Positions 61,623 to 64,000 of a stretch of 64,000 nt of DNA are shown here, in pieces (positions within the stretch are counted from its first letter, which is position 1; every line of letters begins with the position of its first letter). Made by a program: the position numbers and the translations under genes. The DNA lies in the NCBI GenBank assembly GCA_965205025.1, contig CBDBFU010000011.1:106653-170652 (forward strand), read 5' to 3'. The notes below the pieces were generated by a model. It worked only from the letters and a program-made list of their open reading frames with translations, was not told the origin of the DNA and ran no database searches. The stretch comes from Candidatus Poribacteria bacterium (GTDB lineage: Bacteria > Poribacteria > WGA-4E > WGA-3G).

Positions 61623-63230
61623 CTATTTCCTTGATTTAATAACAGCCCACTTTGTAGTAAGTTTGTCCATGGGATTTACAGCGAGGTCAAATTGGTCAGC
61701 GATATCCTCATCGACTGCACAATTTACGCAGATAACATCTTCATCTTGAACAACATTTTCGTCATTTTTCTCATCAGGCGGTACGTTCAATACTTGTGCA
61801 TTTCCGAAAACAAAATGATCACAAGTAATACCATCGCCCGCATCTGTTATCTGTATTGTAAACTTCTGAGTATCTTTGGGAATATTAACCGACAAGTGTT
61901 TGTTTTGTGCAGCCGGGGGACGCAATATCCCTGAACGGTATATTTCTTCATCATCAGCAAAACAAATAATCTGAATGCTTGCCGTACCCCCACACGGATT
62001 TGGTAAATATAAATCGGCAACAAATCGAGTGTATTCTCCACTGCTAATATCATATACAAAACGGCTTTTTGCGTGTGAATAAAACCAACTATTCCATTCA
62101 TTTAATTTTGGCACATCAATATACCAATCAGGTAGGCGTGGTCGAGGTCTATTCGGTTGCTTTTCAAAAATACCTGCGTGTTCCCAACCACACCATTCGT
62201 TTTCATTGTTTATAGGTACGAGGGAATCAATTCGCCTGTCTTTTATCGTTAAGTATTTCAATGTACCATCGTTCGCAGATATAGGTTGCTCGGGTAAAAT
62301 GTAATTTTTATCATACCACAACCAATTACCATGATTATCCATAAGTTGTATCCAGAGAGTCGTATTATTTTCCACGTGCCTGCGTTCTATATCAAACACT
62401 GCTGTATCGTTGTTGCCGTTCAGAAAATCCCAGCCGACGATGTTTGTATTCAAAAACGCATAGGCTTGATGTAGCCCATTGGGGTCTGATATATCTACTC
62501 GGAATCGGTTATCATCATCACCAAATGCTTCTGCACCATGAAACTTCACAATACTTGGTGCGAAACCAAAAATCCATCTATCGTTGAAATAATAAGACTT
62601 GGATAACCACCTTGCTTCGTGCAATGATAGTTTTTTGCCAGAGCCTAATATAAATTCTTGCGGATCATATAAAACTATATGCCATAAGCCAAAAGCATGT
62701 CCCAACTCATGCAATATAACTTGCTCTGTGTTCGCTTTCGTGGTTTCTCCACTAAGAACATAAGCGTGATCTTCTCCTTTATTCCACCATCCGCCAGGAC
62801 TGGTACTTGCTACGCCACCAGCTTGCCCCCACTGGAGTGCAGGCATACCTGCCATAACAATGACATATATGTTTTTCTTGTCATTGAATCGTACCTGTAA
62901 TTCTTGTCTAACTAAAGACATTGTGTCGCCACTATAGTGTACCTTGTTATGTCTGCCGTTGAATTTATGAACAATAACCTGTCCTTGATTATCGGTTTCT
63001 AATCTAAAAGTCTTGTCGGGAAACCCATGACGATCCATTTCACTTCTATATACCTCCTGGTTAGTTTTCATGATATCATCTAAATCCAACCAGTCGGACT
63101 TGTCAATACTATCCGTTGGCATGAAATACACGGTTCGCACAGTATAAGGTTCTACTGCATCCGTAGACATTGGAACAAAAAGCATACCAAGCAGTAATAG
63201 GATTGTGATAACACTATATTGTTTTTGCAT
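61623..63230 (-). CDS. Secreted metzincin metallopeptidase with an NPCBM-like domain and the conserved C-terminal tail
   Basis: Signal peptide from ATG 63230; HELGHAFGLWH; YLPNPC...CDHFVFGNA; ends AVNPMDKLTTKWAVIKSRK. Confidence 0.85.
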   Translation of the reverse strand: MQKQYSVITILLLLGMLFVPMSTDAVEPYTVRTVYFMPTDSIDKSDWLDLDDIMKTNQEVYRSEMDRHGFPDKTFRLETDNQGQVIVHKFNGRHNKVHYSGDTMSLVRQELQVRFNDKKNIYVIVMAGMPALQWGQAGGVASTSPGGWWNKGEDHAYVLSGETTKANTEQVILHELGHAFGLWHIVLYDPQEFILGSGKKLSLHEARWLSKSYYFNDRWIFGFAPSIVKFHGAEAFGDDDNRFRVDISDPNGLHQAYAFLNTNIVGWDFLNGNNDTAVFDIERRHVENNTTLWIQLMDNHGNWLWYDKNYILPEQPISANDGTLKYLTIKDRRIDSLVPINNENEWCGWEHAGIFEKQPNRPRPRLPDWYIDVPKLNEWNSWFYSHAKSRFVYDISSGEYTRFVADLYLPNPCGGTASIQIICFADDEEIYRSGILRPPAAQNKHLSVNIPKDTQKFTIQITDAGDGITCDHFVFGNAQVLNVPPDEKNDENVVQDEDVICVNCAVDEDIADQFDLAVNPMDKLTTKWAVIKSRK

Positions 63231-63639
63231 CGTCACCTTATATTCTTGTTCAGCTTCGTTCTGGACAATCTGTGAGTCTTCAGGATTTTCATAGCGATGC
63301 CCGGTTGCCTTCAGTTGTTCCGCGTAGTCATACATAAATGTCATCTATACTGTCAATGTCAACTCTGCAATAGTGTCCTATTTCATCTACTAAACGCAGA
63401 GACTTTTGTGGTCCGTTGAAATGTAGACGACATATAATCTTTGCCCTGCCGCCAGTTAGGATAAATGTTAAAGAATTGGGGTAATAATCGTTTTGTCACC
63501 TTGACACGCAATAGTGTTAAATAGACAGGTAAGGAACAAAGTCATATCCTTTGCCCTACCCTGAAAACTGCTAAGGGTATTTGCCAATGTTTGTCTTAAT
63601 TATAAACGACACAAACTGGTCGTGAACAACCTATTTCTT

Positions 63640-64000
63640 TCACAATGTATGTGTGGATAAGTCGTTGGCAAGGGTTAATCGTCTTTGACGTGTAAACGTT
63701 CGGGGGCGGGTGTATCCTTCACCAGTAGGTCCCGGCGATAGTCATTGCCAAAAATCCTTCACCTTCTAATCCACAAGATGCATACGAAGGTGCATTCACA
63801 ACTACAACACTACACTTCATAGCTTTAGTGTATTGTGTGATTCGTGCTGTATTATTAGTATGAATCATTGCAGTATGTCCTCTTCCACCGTCGGCTGTAA
63901 CAGCACCTTTAAGGGCTTCATCAAAATCATTAACACGAACTACTGGTAGAATTGGCATAAGGTATTCATTGATTACAAATCCATGGTCTGCCGGGACTTC
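63640..64000 (-). CDS. 3' end of a CoA-acylating aldehyde dehydrogenase (EutE/PduP-like) with an apparent 1-bp frameshift
   Basis: EYLMPILPVVRV...GHTAMIH...GEGF. Removing one G at about 63732 restores AGPTGEGYTRPRTFTRQRR to a stop at 63640. Confidence 0.85.

Noticed and set aside
63231-63344. N-terminal extension of the metallopeptidase given in the ORF track
   Set aside because: The signal peptide and RBS fit ATG 63230; the same reasoning was used to shorten several other track ORFs.

Overview
AT-rich bacterial chromosomal window whose gene content is typical of Candidatus Poribacteria (inference): LamG proteins with a conserved C-terminal KL.T.W..IK tail, dockerin/FlgD-type secreted proteins, several PhyH dioxygenases and a EutE/PduP-type aldehyde dehydrogenase. 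Layout: (i) 1-8 kb: a secreted dockerin-cytochrome c-copper monooxygenase-like fusion that is missing from the ORF track, then a repeat-dense zone with a MITE, REP-like hairpins, a TPR gene and decayed nuclease/RM genes. (ii) 8-41 kb: mostly core or catabolic genes, including a sigma54-promoter-led operon of beta-barrel + two ammonium transporters with no P-II gene, an ATPase/nuclease-like pair, trpF and a Ski2-like helicase. (iii) 41-58 kb: nested miniature elements, then a defence-type island with a trypsin-like protease, ApeA-like HEPN, an orphan phage tail-tube homolog, a type ISP RM enzyme and an XRE/ImmA pair. (iv) ligA and secreted or accessory genes. The best candidates for new biology are the stand-alone tail-tube gene inside the defence island, the sigma54 barrel-amt-amt operon, the cytochrome c/Cu-monooxygenase fusion and the shared C-terminal sorting-like motif. 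I recognised no tRNA, rRNA or CRISPR array. All family assignments come from motif recognition by eye; no database search was run.
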